NCBI GenBank assembly: GCA_035084275.1
Contig: CM068756.1
Location: 6,200,001-6,264,000, forward strand
Direction: 5' to 3'
Origin: Hydrolagus colliei
Lineage: Eukaryota
DNA: 64,000 bases
In this document: positions 1-12,990 of the stretch, in pieces
Numbering within the stretch: position 1 is the first letter of the stretch
How the letters are laid out: the number at the start of each line of letters is the position of its first letter
Translations under genes and position numbers: made by a program
Notes under the pieces: model-generated
Seen by the model: the letters and a program-made list of their open reading frames with translations, nothing else
Told to the model about the DNA's origin: nothing
The model's database searches: none

Positions 1-1450
1 AGGTTCACCCCACAGATGATCACTGGAACTTTTTCGTACAACCAGATAGTGGCAAGACACCCAAAATACAACAAGATTTACAGCAATCATTCCATGAATG
101 CCACAGCCGCAGGGTAAGACAACACGGACCGTGAAAATATTTTCAGAAATACCTCTAGTCAATCTGAAGCAAACAAGTTATTGGAATTTATCGGAAAACA
201 GAGCAATGTAACCAAGAACTACCACAAAATACAACTAGCTTTCAGCAATAATATTATTCAACTGCAGCAAAACCCACGTATTACTAATAAAAAAAAGCAT
301 TGCACAACTCACATAGCACAAGAATCATACTGAAGGTTTGAAGTAGTCATGAATGGAGATGTGCATAGTGTTCACAATGACAACAGAAGCAAAATTGCTC
401 AAGAGAAAGACTCTCTCTGACTATTTAGCTATAGTGCAATACCTTCAGATGAACATAGTTCTCACACATTTTTCCTCTCCGTTTAAAAAAAATGACATGA
501 TGAAGATTGGGGCTGCAACAGTGCACTCCATTTTACAAAGCTCTGACAGACACCTCTGATCTCACAATTACTAATACACACTCAGTTTACAGAAACCAAT
601 TAAATGAAACAAAAAAACAATAAAATGAATCGAGAGAGGGACACAAACAAACATTGCGGAAAATAGTAGAAACAAAAGAATAGACAAATAGCATCAAATG
701 AGGCAATTTGAATATCATAATCCACCAGCAATTATTAATATCATGTTAAAGACTTTGCTATACTTTGGCACATGAGCTACTGCAGAATAATGGAGCCTAA
801 AAATGAAAAGACGAGTCTTTAAACACAGGTTATAGAATATCTCGAGTACACAATCAAATGGCAGAAGAAACTCAGAAGCAGCTAAAATCCAAAAGACATA
901 CATGCAATTGAACCACACCTATTTGCAATGGTAAATATAATTAGAATTACAGTAAATAGTGTACACAAAAATATATAACATTGCACAACTAAATAACAGT
1001 GTCTATTCCCCTTCTACTCTATTTCAGTATTGAAAGCCCAGTCCTCTAAACCTGGGTAATACTCATATAAGACACAATTTATGGAGCGAAGAGAATCTTT
1101 AACCTAATGAAAATAATGATAACCAACTCTGGAATACAAATCAACAAGAAAATAACAACCTGCTCTGTCTGCAGACACTTCACAACAAAAACTAAATTAC
1201 AATGAAATCCCCACAGACGAAATTAAATAGATTAGTGGACACAAAAATCTACACTGCGTAAATTCATACTCCAAAGAATAAGTGACATCCAGATAAAGTA
1301 AAGCTCAGATGTGCTGGGATACCAGGCTCCAGTATGCTGAAAATAAAAATATCTCAAAACAAAAAAAAATGATTCCAATGAAAATACTATTAGTTTTCTG
1401 AATAGTACAATTGCTGATGGAACATTCGATTTAATCATCCACTCAACAAA
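1..1450 (+). mobile_element. A-rich degenerate relic, possibly a decayed transposon or retroelement coding region (family unassigned)
   Basis: Strong A/C-over-T/G strand skew. Frame 1 has only one stop in the first 330 nt. The block ends in a CA microsatellite. No diagnostic motif recognised. Confidence 0.25.
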
Positions 1451-1454
1451 ACAA

Positions 1455-1662
1455 TTTGTCACACATATTACACATACACTCAAACACACACAAACAATTA
1501 CACATGCACACACACTCAATTCTACACACACACACACAATTCCTTACACGCACACATACATTAACTTACATATAAACACACTCCCACAATATACATACAC
1601 ACAATATTGACTGTACATAATGCACACATACTGGCACAATTACACACAAATGCATCACACAC
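1455..1662. repeat. Degenerate (CA)n microsatellite
   Basis: Interrupted ACACAC runs seen directly. Confidence 0.85.
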
Positions 1663-1664
1663 GT

Positions 1665-1765
1665 GTTGCGCCCACAAAATGTCGATTCATTTCACAGTAT
1701 ATCGTGTGAAGCACTTTGAGACGTCTGGAAAATGGGAGAAGTGCTAAATCATAGGCAATGATTAC
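1665..1765 (+). mobile_element. SINE 3' fragment with L2-type tail
   Basis: GTGAAGCACTTTGAGACGTC tail motif, shared with many other copies in the window. Confidence 0.7.
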
Positions 1766-3000
1766 ATGCACGACCTAGGACAAGACATTTAATGTATAAT
1801 GTGTATAATAGCCACACATTCTGGATTTCTACTTTTGAGCAAAGACAAAAAATTATACTTGATTCTTTTTTTCTCTGGTTAAACATAATGGAAACCAAAA
1901 ACAGAAGAAAAAAAAATAATTTAAGACTCCAAAACAGTTCTGATCCTTCCTTGCTTTTACACATTTCAATAAAGATATTTGGAAATCCAAACATCTCCTT
2001 AAAAATATCAACTCACAAAATGGTGCCACCTGTATTTTTCATGAGCTTTGATCCTGAATGTAGATACACTTTACACGTACCACTCCTCAAGCAATGAATA
2101 CACGTGAAAATGGCAAAAAAGTGAATAAAATAATTCCAAAAGCTATTAAAATGGGTTTTAATGTCTATTGAATAAATAGAAAGCAGGTTGTGAACCAGCG
2201 GTTTACTGGAAAACAAACAACTTGTGTCCGAGGCAACATCAGTTAATCGCACCTGCAGTGCAGCGCTGTGCAGTCAACTTCACTCTGTGATTTATTTCTC
2301 CTTCTGACATGAGCTTCTGACATGCATCCTCTATATCAGACAGTGACAGCACCTGCCGCATCCTTGTGTGCTTTGGAACAAGTTACACTGCTATCTGAAA
2401 TATATTTTTTTAAATCCTGGTTCTGTTCCTAAATATTTACAGAGAACATTTCCCTGGTCATGTACAGATGTTTTTTAAGAGACTTGTCAATTGAGAAGTT
2501 AATATTTGTACAAAATAATAGGTTTGCCCCAAAACTTTGAGGACTTTTGTGTTGGCTAATTTCAAGCGACAAGGTTGGCATGTATAAACAGGACTGGGAA
2601 TTCACCTGCCTTTAGTCCTACTTTCAGGATTCTTACCCCCTTGGAAAGTGCAGTTCAAATGTTCCAGGAAAAAAAGAGGAAGAAGGCCACCTTTGCTTGT
2701 TGAAACCTTGTTAGGGGCCAAAAACTCTTGCAGCATTGCACAGCTGACAAGGCTTATTGTAAAGTGAATATTTAACTCCAGGTCAGAGCTGGAGTTATTG
2801 AACTTAATGAAGGGGGAGAATTTAAGACATCTCCACAGTAGTGACAGAGAGAATACACTGCTGGTAGCAGATCCTCAGTATGGTAGTATCATAGCGAAGA
2901 AGAATGCAGCCTTCAAACTCAGGAGCATATAAGGAACATAACCGCCAGTGGCTACAACCCCTTGGTTGTGGGTACAAATACTAGTGATTTGTCAAGTGTA

Positions 3001-3094
3001 ACAAGTAGAGTCTCCATATCTAGTTGAGAGCTTCAGGTTGATGATGGGTGTGTTACAGGGCTGTGTACATGATTCACCAAGGCTATATTACTAA
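3001..3094 (+). mobile_element. Decayed non-LTR reverse transcriptase fragment, RTE-like
   Basis: 3026-3091 reads ESFRLMMGVLQGCVHDSPRLYY, resembling the RTE RT motif GVRQGCVLSP. It is preceded (with a frameshift) by TSRVSI. Confidence 0.45.
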
Positions 3095-4117
3095 CGTAAT
3101 TACAGAAGGCAGAGATAGACAGAAGACAGAAGATCTCCAGTCCTCTCCCCAATTGTGTCACGAGGGACCTCTCAGGCACCCACAGGGGGCCATGGCAGAA
3201 GTAGCTAGACTGTCGTATCTTGCAACATTAAGGAGTTACTCAGAGCAAAGTGCTACACTATAGCACCAGCAACAGGGCAGTCATTCCTAACATGGAGATA
3301 AGCGTGAACTCTGTAACAGGGCATCAATATTCTCAATTACATATATTTACAGTCTCATGCTTACATGCTCTATGCAGGAAGTGCATCTGAAGTGACTGTA
3401 CATATGATGTACACATCAGTGCCGCACTATGTGTACAGACATCGGTAGCAACTGAATGCCCCATTGATTAGCCTACTTTTTATGCCTTGCTTATATAACG
3501 CGATCGGTGAGACACTGGATCCAGCCAACCATGGGATAACGAAGTTTCTCTAGATTCGGAGCTTGGGAGAAACAAGAAAAGGAAGATCAGAGGAACAAAG
3601 AAAGACAATGATATCAATAAAATAGAGATAAATAGCACAGGCTGTAATGAAGCAAGAGGAGGGGCGGCAAAGATCAGGGAAGATCAACAATCAAGACTGC
3701 AAGACATTTCTTCCATCCTGTTCAGAATGACAAAATACCATTTAACTGGCTTGGTGGTTGCTTTGTTCGCCTGAACTGCATTTAATTGTAGGTATATTGG
3801 CTGCTATGTTGTTAACGCTAACCAAATTCCATTTTTCACATAACAGGATTTAGAAATTCCAGGAACCAAGACAAGCTCATCACAAATTTTATTGAAACAA
3901 TTGAAAAACATACTGCTGGTTTCTAAGAAAAAAGGAATGTTGTCTCCAAAATTTGACTGCGGTTCTAACCCAGTTGACACTGGGTTAAAATGTTTAAATA
4001 AAGCTGGCACCTTCTTCTCTGTACAGATCTGTGGCATGTGCTTTCTGATACCATCATATTTATAGAATATAATCTCAGTTCCCTCTGAAGCCAGCAGACC
4101 AATTACAATACAAATGT

Positions 4118-4397
4118 GGAGTCCTGCATCTTAATGGTTAGAGTACTCGCCTCACAAGCCAGCGTTGTTTGGCTGATTAGTTTTTTTTGCAGAGGTGATA
4201 ATCCCTTCTAAATAAGTAAATAATAATAATTTGGTTACTCAATCCACAACTGTTTGTGGGACACTAATGTGCACAATTGGCTGCCGGGTTTTTCCAACAA
4301 AACATGGTCAATTCACTTTACAGTATATTCTGTGAAGCACTTTGAGACATCTAGAAGATGCGATAAGGCACTATATCAAATGCAAGGATTATTATTT
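4118..4397 (+). mobile_element. Short tRNA-headed SINE (family A), near full length
   Basis: Head GGAGTCCTG...TGGTTAGAGTACTCGCCTCACAAGC, body CAATCCACAACTGTTTGTGGGACACT, tail AAGCACTTTGAGACATC...CAAATGCAAGGATTATTATT. Matches copies at 28522 and 35268. Confidence 0.85.
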
Positions 4398-4823
4398 TTA
4401 TAATACTGAGAACACAATAAGTCAGTGAAGCTTAGCGTACCATTTCACAACGCAAATTTAGGTTTACATCGATCCTAATTCTTTTAAATAAGTATGTGTA
4501 ATATCAATTGTGTTATAATTAGGCCCAATATAGATTTTATAATCTCTGCAGTTCAAGGTTGCAGATATATTAATATTGCAAGCAGAAGAGTTAAAAATAT
4601 TTTTCCAGAAAACATTTCTTTCAAAAAGCTTTTGGAATAGGGAGAAATGATGCAGAGCTCAAAGCAACACTAATGCAGTGGAGCTGTGAATCCGATCCCA
4701 AGTTGTCAATAGGTGATTTACATTTTTAATAGCATTCAAGCAATATTTTAAGGAACTGGCAACATGCCTAGTGCTGTTAACGTTTACTGAGAAAATGCAC
4801 ACTGCTCATAATAATGAGAACAG

Positions 4824-5253
4824 TGACAGGAGTGGAACCGCAAACACTCAAAAAAACAAAACAAAAGGAGCTGCGTTTTCTGATCAAACTTTACTATTTA
4901 TACTCTTATTCTCTTCCGTACCTTTACAAAAAAGGGGTTTGTTTCTGTCAGTGAATTTCGATTGACAGAATGCCAGCTATTCCTAAAAAAACAAAAGCAG
5001 CGCCTTCAAAAAAAAATGCTCCGCAAATTAAATCTATTTCCCGCACGCTTATTGATAAATATGGTAACCACAGAGAGAAAAGAGAAAAAAAATGAACTGA
5101 ACTATAATTTTTCACAAATGGCGAAAATGGTGATTGACAGCACAGGCCACGCATGCATAATGCATCTTATCCACTTTTGCAGATTGCCTTGTTACCAGTA
5201 ATGGGAATAGTCTGTCATAAACCATTTTTGAAGCTGAAGTAAGAATTCTGTCA
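4824..5253. promoter_or_regulatory. Candidate TALE (PBX/MEIS/PREP) enhancer
   Basis: Six TGACAG/CTGTCA hexamers (4824, 4945, 4963, 5135, 5212, 5248), including a perfect TGATTGACAG at 5131-5140, in repeat-free DNA. Confidence 0.55.
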
Positions 5254-6041
5254 GACAATAAAACAGTAGAGTAACCTTGACACCAAATATCTCGGCACAA
5301 TCATTAGTATCTTTTGGAATTTTCTGGCCAGCAAAAGGTAAATATTCCTTGGCGATCGGTTAAGATACAATTAATCTATTGCATAATACAATTTTAAAAC
5401 AGGTGACATCTCTGTGGTGTAAATCACAGTGTCGCAACCCACAAATCGCAGCCGTGCACTTCAGATGAGACAACATCTCATTTCATCAAGTGCCCTTTTA
5501 TTTGGGCCAATGGGTATGTATGCTGGGCAACTCCATTCGCAACCAAAATGCTTTGTTTTGCTCTCTCGATAATCAGCTTATTTGTTATTTTGCTGCATTT
5601 CAGTCCTCCAGACAGTTATCTATAAATGTGCCCTTTAATACTCAATAGGCCGGTATAATCACCTTGTGCATGGGTGAACCTCCTGTTTTTGCTGCATTTA
5701 TTTTAAACAGGTGACTGCAGGTATAATAATTGAGTCATTATAGTTCAGCATTGTTAGTTCACGATTTACTGATACGATGTAGTTCCCATAAGAAAGGAGT
5801 CCGACCGCTAAGCTTCATTTACAAAAAAAGTTGCAAAGAATTACAACCATCTTAAGAACCCCTGTGATTTTTTTTCCCCCCGTGGATTTTTTTTTGCATG
5901 ATTCTGTTTAAGCTGAGGCTATTAATGGGAAAACTGCAGTAAAAAAAATTATTACTGAGCTCACATTATGAGGGCTTTAATTCATGTCAGTGATACATGA
6001 TGCTGTGATAGTTTGTTGTTTTGCATTCCAAATCTTATCCA

Positions 6042-6385
6042 GTGTCAGTCTGGCTCAGTTGATAGTATTCTTGTCTCCGAGTCAGACTGTTGTGAGTACA
6101 AGCCTATATAGTCTTGGCTGACACCCAATGCAGTGCTGCAGGTGTGCTGTGTTATTGGAGGTGCCGTCCCTCAGATGAGACATTAAACTAAGGTCCCCTC
6201 TACCTATTCAGGTGTATGTTAGCAATCCCATGACACTATTCAAAAAGAGAAAGGAGAACAGGCCAACAAGCTCCAAAATAAAATTGGTCATTGACATCAT
6301 GGGACACTATGTGAGTAAATTCTGTGAAATCCTTTGTTACGTCCTCTCACGGTGAAAGGCGCTACATCAAGTACAAGACGTATTT
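6042..6385 (+). mobile_element. Deu-domain tRNA SINE (SacSINE1/AmnSINE1-related)
   Basis: tRNA-like head TGGCTCAGTTGATAG, Deu core GGAGGTGCCGTC...GATGAGACATTAAACT...CAGGTG...ATCCCATGACACTATT, tail GTGAAAGGCGCTA. Confidence 0.85.
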
Positions 6386-8184
6386 CTTCTTCATTAACTG
6401 CATTGACGACCACAACCAAGTTTTTGGACTGATCTTGCCTGAGCTTAACCCTCACGTGTTAATATTTACATTCATACAGAGCATTAATTTATGTCGCTAA
6501 ATACTTCGGAAACTCTCGGGCCCAGTTCCAAGACAATGTACTTAATCCAATCTGAAACTTCATTCCACAAAGTGTCATATAGAGAAGGAATCCACCTGCA
6601 GTACCTCTAAAATACACAACAGGTGCTTCGAACGCCAGGCATTCCAGTTACAATTCTAATATTAAAGGGGAAAAGAGAGCCATGACTCAGCAAATGTTTT
6701 CACTAATTACCCCGATAAGATTCCAACGTTTTCTCTCTCATGTCAGCAAAATTAACAACATACATCCGGTGTGCCCCAATGTAAAAATAATTTCTGGATT
6801 CAAAAAGATTTTCCTGAACTACAATGGGCAGGACTGCCACTCGCCTGTCCACTCACAGACTGCCAGCTTTGACAGACGAGAAGTTTCTGCAAGTGCTGAT
6901 AGATTTAGGATGAAAAGATAATTGAAATTAAAGGCAAAAGACAAACGTCAATCAGCAAATGTTCACTCTTGGTTTTGTCCTGGAATTGCAGAATTCGACA
7001 GATAATGAGCACGGAAATAAATATATGGCAAATAGTCTGTGAGTAATAGATAGGAAAGAAGCTTCTTACCTAAAAATCCAAACAATTTAATCTTATTAGT
7101 ACAAACGAGCTTCAGATCCACAAATATAGAATACATTTTAATAATAATTGTGCCATAGATATCCATGTTTCCATCTTTCACGGAAGACAACACTGTCTTT
7201 TAGGTCCACTGACGGTGTTTAACAATATGTTATTGACAGAATTTACGGACACTGTCATCAAGCAGCTCAGCTTTCAGCTCATCCCTGAAGATCAGGATAA
7301 GGAGAAAAGGTAGGTTTTTATCCCCCTAATTCTGACATAGTTGAGTAGCTCTGCAGAACCAACTCATACAGATGCCAGAATGATTCGGATAAAAGGCGTG
7401 TGGGTTCAGAGGAGTGTAACAGGCTCACAAGGCTAAGAGGAGATCTCACACATTTGGAGAGAAAAAAGACATTCTATAATGAGGTACTAATGTGTATAAA
7501 TAGTCTGTTGTCAACTAGTCTCATAATCTGTGTGTTTGCGACTGGAAGTGAATTAACAATATGGAACAATTTATCTCAAAGCTTGGAAGTGCATTTCAAA
7601 AACACCCACAGCAGCTACACCTTCCCAGTCAAGAAGTACCTGAAGATTTCCATGTTCTTGACTTTATATTTTAGTGTCTTGCACAATGACACTAATTTAG
7701 ATTTCTAATAGGTTAGAATCCAGCAACCTTATTTTCATGTGGTCTAAAATAAGCCATTCAAGGGGAAAGTAAGAAATAATTGCTGTTTTCTCTTTCTCCG
7801 CAGTATTGCTGTAACACTTGCGCATAACAGATTGAACAAAACGCTGTTGTGACAGGTGGAAGAATTCAGCTAGTAAGCACAGAGACAGGGTTCAATTTAG
7901 TTTGGTGAATCCTTTAATTGTAGTGTAGCTAATTAGGGAAGGTTCTTTACACTCGAAAGTGTTTACACTCACTAGTATGAATACATGAACGATTAAATTG
8001 TGCCTTTAAGGGGTTGAAACTACTGCGACAACAGAAAAGTATTTTGCTGATATAGCAACATGTGGGCCACCTTTAAACATTGCTTTTCAAATCTGCAAGG
8101 ATTTTGTAATCTGCTAAATTTTGGTAAAACAACAACTAATTGCATTTTTATCACACCTTTCACGTCAAGAGGACATCCCATAGC

Positions 8185-8342
8185 ACTGGAGAGACAGGAA
8201 TCTGAACCCGAGCTGATGGTTGGGATCAGGAGGGCAAGGAGAATAGGGGTAGCAAGGTGATCAAAGGGATGGCGAACGAGATGGGTCTTGAAGGAGGCAA
8301 GGCTTGTGTCGTAGATCCTTTGGAGTTTTTGCCCAGAGCACA
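8185..8342 (-). mobile_element. L2 LINE 3' fragment (decayed)
   Basis: Purine-rich on the + strand; resembles the reverse of the L2 3' regions at 14772 and 36150. Confidence 0.45.
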
Positions 8343-9399
8343 CTTAAAATAACTCACCAAGTGATCACTCTTTCCACGTATCTATTCTTTTATCACTGAT
8401 GAACTGCAACATAGAGTAATAAAGCCACTGAATGGGTTCAGTTCCCACATTATACTTAATCTGTCCAGTCAGGAAGGAAGACATAACAACTATATGGTTC
8501 CTTTTTTTAGTGTAAAATATCTTAGAATTATTCATCTGGTTTACAGCCACCACTGGCTGATCAGAGCATTATCATTTATTGCATACTTTGGTTGATTTTT
8601 CTGAAAAACAAATGTGTTTGTAATACAAACTGCGAAACTTTCAAACAATATTTCTGCAACGTTCTGTTTCAATGTTCAGATAGCTGGATAAACAAGTCTG
8701 AAAGCGTACTATTACTATAGTTCTCTAAGTACAGAACCATTACGTAGATTTGGACTCCAGTCTTGGAGATTATAGTTAAAGCTACAGTTGCCACAGATAT
8801 CCTGACCAATCTTCCCCTGGAAAGGTTTGTCAGTCAATTTTTCTGCAAAATGCAGAAAATTCTCTGAGAAATTGTTTTTGTGTTACTCAAGGCAATTGGA
8901 GAAGAAACACAGGATCACAGATGAAAGACTATTGTAAGGGCAGGTACCAGTGATTGTTTCTTTAGTAAACTAGACTGGGTTACTGAGAAGGAGGCTTGAG
9001 GCCAGCACACTATACCAATTGAAACAACTTGATGCTGTCATTGAAAATGGTTTGGTGGGTCTTTTGGTAGGACATTAAATGATCAAGTGAAACTGTTTCC
9101 CATCAAGTGAAACTGTATCTATGCCTAGACAGGCGGGTTGAGTCACTTGGTCTGCTGAACCAGTGTTAATTTGATCACTGGGGACCCTGCTCCTCAGTGC
9201 ATCTTAGAGTCTCTGGAGGCAGCAATGTTGCAATGTTTACTATGTAAGTTAGTCAAAGAAAGGCTGGCAGGAGCTCTGAAAGGTAAATATTTAGAAAGAG
9301 CCAGTCCTGCGTTTCACGATCTATGCTGACATCACCTTGGTATATGAGATTGCATTGGCACTTGTAATGTAATGATGGAGATGTGATAGTACGAGACAT

Positions 9400-9478
9400 T
9401 ACGTGAAGCACTTTTTAGACATCTCAATGACGTGATAAGGTGCTTTATCAAATGCAAAATAATGATTATTATTATTAC
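9400..9478 (+). mobile_element. SINE/L2 3' tail fragment
   Basis: GTGAAGCACTTT...GACGTGATAAGGTGCTTTATCAAATGCAA followed by (ATT)n. Confidence 0.75.
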
Positions 9479-12251
9479 TGGAACTGTGATGTGCTGTGTC
9501 CAAGTGCTCGTGACACTTTAACGTAAAATCCTGTGAAACACTCTGAGAATATTATTCGAATACTTAATGCGATTTGATGTGGCATTTAACTCATTGCAAG
9601 TTAAATTTTCACTCTGAAAGTTATCATAATCCAGGATCTATAGACAAATCAGAGTGTTGCTTGACTGGGCAAAATGGCTGTTGAGCACAGGTGACTGGAT
9701 AAACTGAGTGACTGCAGGTTTCTGTTTACATTGTGCAGCTTTAATTCAATAATGGGAATGGGGACAAAGGCAAGCATCGACTGATGAATAATCGTTTGGT
9801 TTCCAATTTGAAAGCGTTAAGCAAAGCTGCGCTTAAAGATTTTGGCAAGTTTACCAGCTTTGGTACCAAAATCTATGGCATCCTAATAAGGCAGATTTAT
9901 GGCCCCAGGATGGCACCCAGGGATATGAGAATATTTTCCCCCCCTACCATCTCTACAATTTGCTGCCGACGCTGAACTTGTTTATAGATCATCATTAAAG
10001 TCTGGCGTATCTTTCCCTCAACATCTGATTAAGTTAACAATGTAGTGCTATTTACATGCCGATTTTTCAGGCCTTTCTCTACAGCTGCTCCTCAGGCTCA
10101 GCCACTGTAATGTGATAGCAAAGCAGTCAGTAAATGTAATCTTTGTCAAACCCAGGTGTGCTCTTGACTATTTTTTTTCCCTCTTTCCTCTCTCTATTCC
10201 CTCCCCCAACCCACCCACCCACCCACCTCCCCACCCCTTTCATTCCAAGCAATTTTCTCTCACTGGCTTTATAAGGTTCCATTATAGTCACATCTGGAGC
10301 GAGTATTCTTTTTAATTATTGACTAAATTTGCTGTGAATCAACTAAAAATTGTCATCAAAGAATGGGTGTGCTGCAATTTTCTGGCTTTATCAAACCTAA
10401 ATGTCAACAGGGTAAACAGTTGCATAATTCAAGCCTGAGCCACACCATTTTACTGATTTCAATAAATCATCTGGAATTTAGTTTTAAACTAAGGCTCTGT
10501 ACATAGAGGACAGCTGTTGGGATTCCAATTACTCCATTATGCTATGCCAATTTAAATTGTGATGCATGTTGATTTTGAAATCTAACAGAAGGGAGGACGG
10601 GGACATGGAATCAGGAAAGCAGGAGAGGATCAGATGGAGATAAGTTAAAACAAACAAAAGAAGCAAAAGGATAAGGGGGGGAAGAGAGAGAAACAGAGAT
10701 GTGGGTAAAAGTAAGGCAGTTTCAGGCATTCACAAAAACAGAAAGACAAGATGGAGAATTTATGTTGCCAGTGATCTGAAATCAAATTTTTTCATTAACA
10801 TATTGGAGTGATGAGAAGGCCTGTAAAAGAGCTTATTGTTTCACCAAACCAGCAGTTCTCTCTCTCTACCTTTTGTTCAAGTCACTTACGCTAAGGTTTT
10901 CCACCTCACCAATACCATCTCGGTATATGTTAATATCTAACAACAAAGAGATGGCAGATTGTCATCTGTATGTCAGTCTCAAATTGCAAAACTGTTAAGC
11001 AGTTAAGGTTGGTATTTAGGAATAATTTAACAGCCACATCAGCCAGCACTTCCATTCTAACATAATGGCTAGATGCAGACAGCAGGGAAATGCATAACTA
11101 TCATGACATTATCCTGACAACAGTGTTATGAAATTTAGATTGGTCAGTTAATGGAAGTCTTTACTGAGATCAATAAATATTCTAACAGCTTCTTGTGGTA
11201 AAATGGGATTTTTTAAAACTCAGTCGACCGTGACCTTTGAGTAATAACAGTGTATAAACCTGCATAAATGTCCATAATTACTACAAAATATTATGTAAAA
11301 TTAATACAATAAATATTGTGAATAGGTCATTGCATTTTGATAAAAATTCTAATCTTCTGAAAATGCGAAATTGCCCCCATTTTCATTACACTAAGCAACT
11401 GAACCTAAAATACTCTTACAGTGATCAGCAGCGAGGGGTGGGTGGTGGAAGGGAGGGAGTTAAAACATTCTGAATTTCATCAATAGATGGGTTTCCAAAT
11501 CCATTCTCACATCTTTCACTCAGCAAACCCTGTTTACCTGAAGGTTCAGTATCGCCCATTCCTTCCACAGTGTGTTACCATCACATCATGTTCAACTGCA
11601 CTGTTAGGAGTATGGTCAGAGCAGTTTGCCAGCCTGCTGAGGCATCACAATATCTATAAGTGATGGCATGTGAAAATCACAAGGAAAACATGCCAATTCA
11701 CATACATTTAGTATTTAGAGGCAAACTAGAGAGTTCTCACACTGAAGGTAAAACTTGACAAAAGAATGAACACTGAACAAAGCCAGCCTGCTGAGCAACC
11801 ATCAAGCCTTCATGTGGCTTTGAGTACACATGACAATCCCTAACTAACATGCTTACTTTAACACAGATTTTTTAATAAAAGTTGCGATCGGGTAGTCGTT
11901 TCAAAGTAATGAAAGACCTTGTTTAATTTATGGCTTTGATTAAAAATTCTGAGCCTAATTTAAATGAAATAAAATAAAAAGGATTTATATTAATGTCGAA
12001 AGTTGACACAAACAGCAGTGCACAATGTGTCACAGCAAAACTCCTACAGCCTGGCGGTGTTTAAATGTGTATTTAACTCTTCCGTGGCTAGCGTCCTGTA
12101 CTGGATGCCGCATTTGCATTCTGTTCCTCACTGTGGTATTTGGGTCCATCAACCAAGGAAAGAAATAACATAAAATGAAATCAAGTATTAAAAATGACAG
12201 CCTATATAAGTGCTGTGAGTAACTTCAGGTCGCGGAGGGAGGGAAACGCAG

Positions 12252-12415
12252 NNNNNNNNNNNNNNNNNNNNNNNNNNNNNNNNNNNNNNNNNNNNNNNNN
12301 NNNNNNNNNNNNNNNNNNNNNNNNNNNNNNNNNNNNNNNNNNNNNNNNNNNNNNNNNNNNNNNNNNNNNNNNNNNNNNNNNNNNNNNNNNNNNNNNNNNN
12401 NNNNNNNNNNNNNNN
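12252..12415. other. Assembly gap (164 N)
   Basis: Run of N. Confidence 1.
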
Positions 12416-12784
12416 ACAGGGCAGCACAAAGGATAAAAGTCCTTTGTCACTAATAAGCTGGAAGTTACTTTGATAACAGCAGGGTTAGACATGAATAAAG
12501 CAGATTTTTCACGTGCATACACCATTCATATCATAGAAATATAGCGGAAAAAATCAGTGCTCTACAGGCAAAAAGAACATGGTTTTTTACATATTATGTT
12601 TCTGTACTTGCTATACAGAGTCAACAAACGATGCATACACAGCCTATAAAAATTACTAAAGCAGTTTAAGATCTCATCTATTCCCATCAATTGCAGTGAA
12701 AAGTCATTCATGATTTAGTTTTCCCACAGATTTCTATTGGGTAAGTTTAAATAATGCTTTTTAAAAAAAAAAATGTTTTACTTC

Positions 12785-12990
12785 TCACTCCCCAACCCAC
12801 CACCCGGTGCCTCTGCTTGACTGGCAATGTCCTCCTTCTCGTCCCTCGCACCCTCCACCCCACCATTGGAGGTCGGGCTTTCAGCTACTATGCCCCAAAC
12901 TCTTGGAGACTCTCCCTCAAACAATCCGCTTTGCCCCCTCTCTTCCGCCTGCAAACCTTCCCCCTTTAACCGTGCTCGCGGCCACCTCCC
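12785..12990 (+). mobile_element. L2 LINE ORF2 C-terminal fragment
   Basis: Translates LLLVPRTLHPTIGGRAFSYYAPNSW, matching the L2 C-terminal pattern LL.VPR...GGRAFS..AP.LWN.LP. Confidence 0.85.

Noticed and set aside
7804-7872. Plus-strand exon candidate with a strong acceptor and gtaagc donor
   Set aside because: Stops in all three frames and no partner exon; shows that such signals can arise by chance.
8365-8460. Protein-like peptide IKYNVGTEPIQWLYYSMLQFISDKRIDTWKE as a coding exon
   Set aside because: No known protein recognised, and the stop lies just before a donor site; kept only as a non-coding exon candidate.
9082-9116. Short tandem duplication of ATCAAGTGAAACTGT (similar cases near 2300 and 63858)
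   Set aside because: Ordinary two-copy slippage, not an array.
12188-12525. Three ORFs spanning the N run
   Set aside because: Artefacts of the assembly gap.
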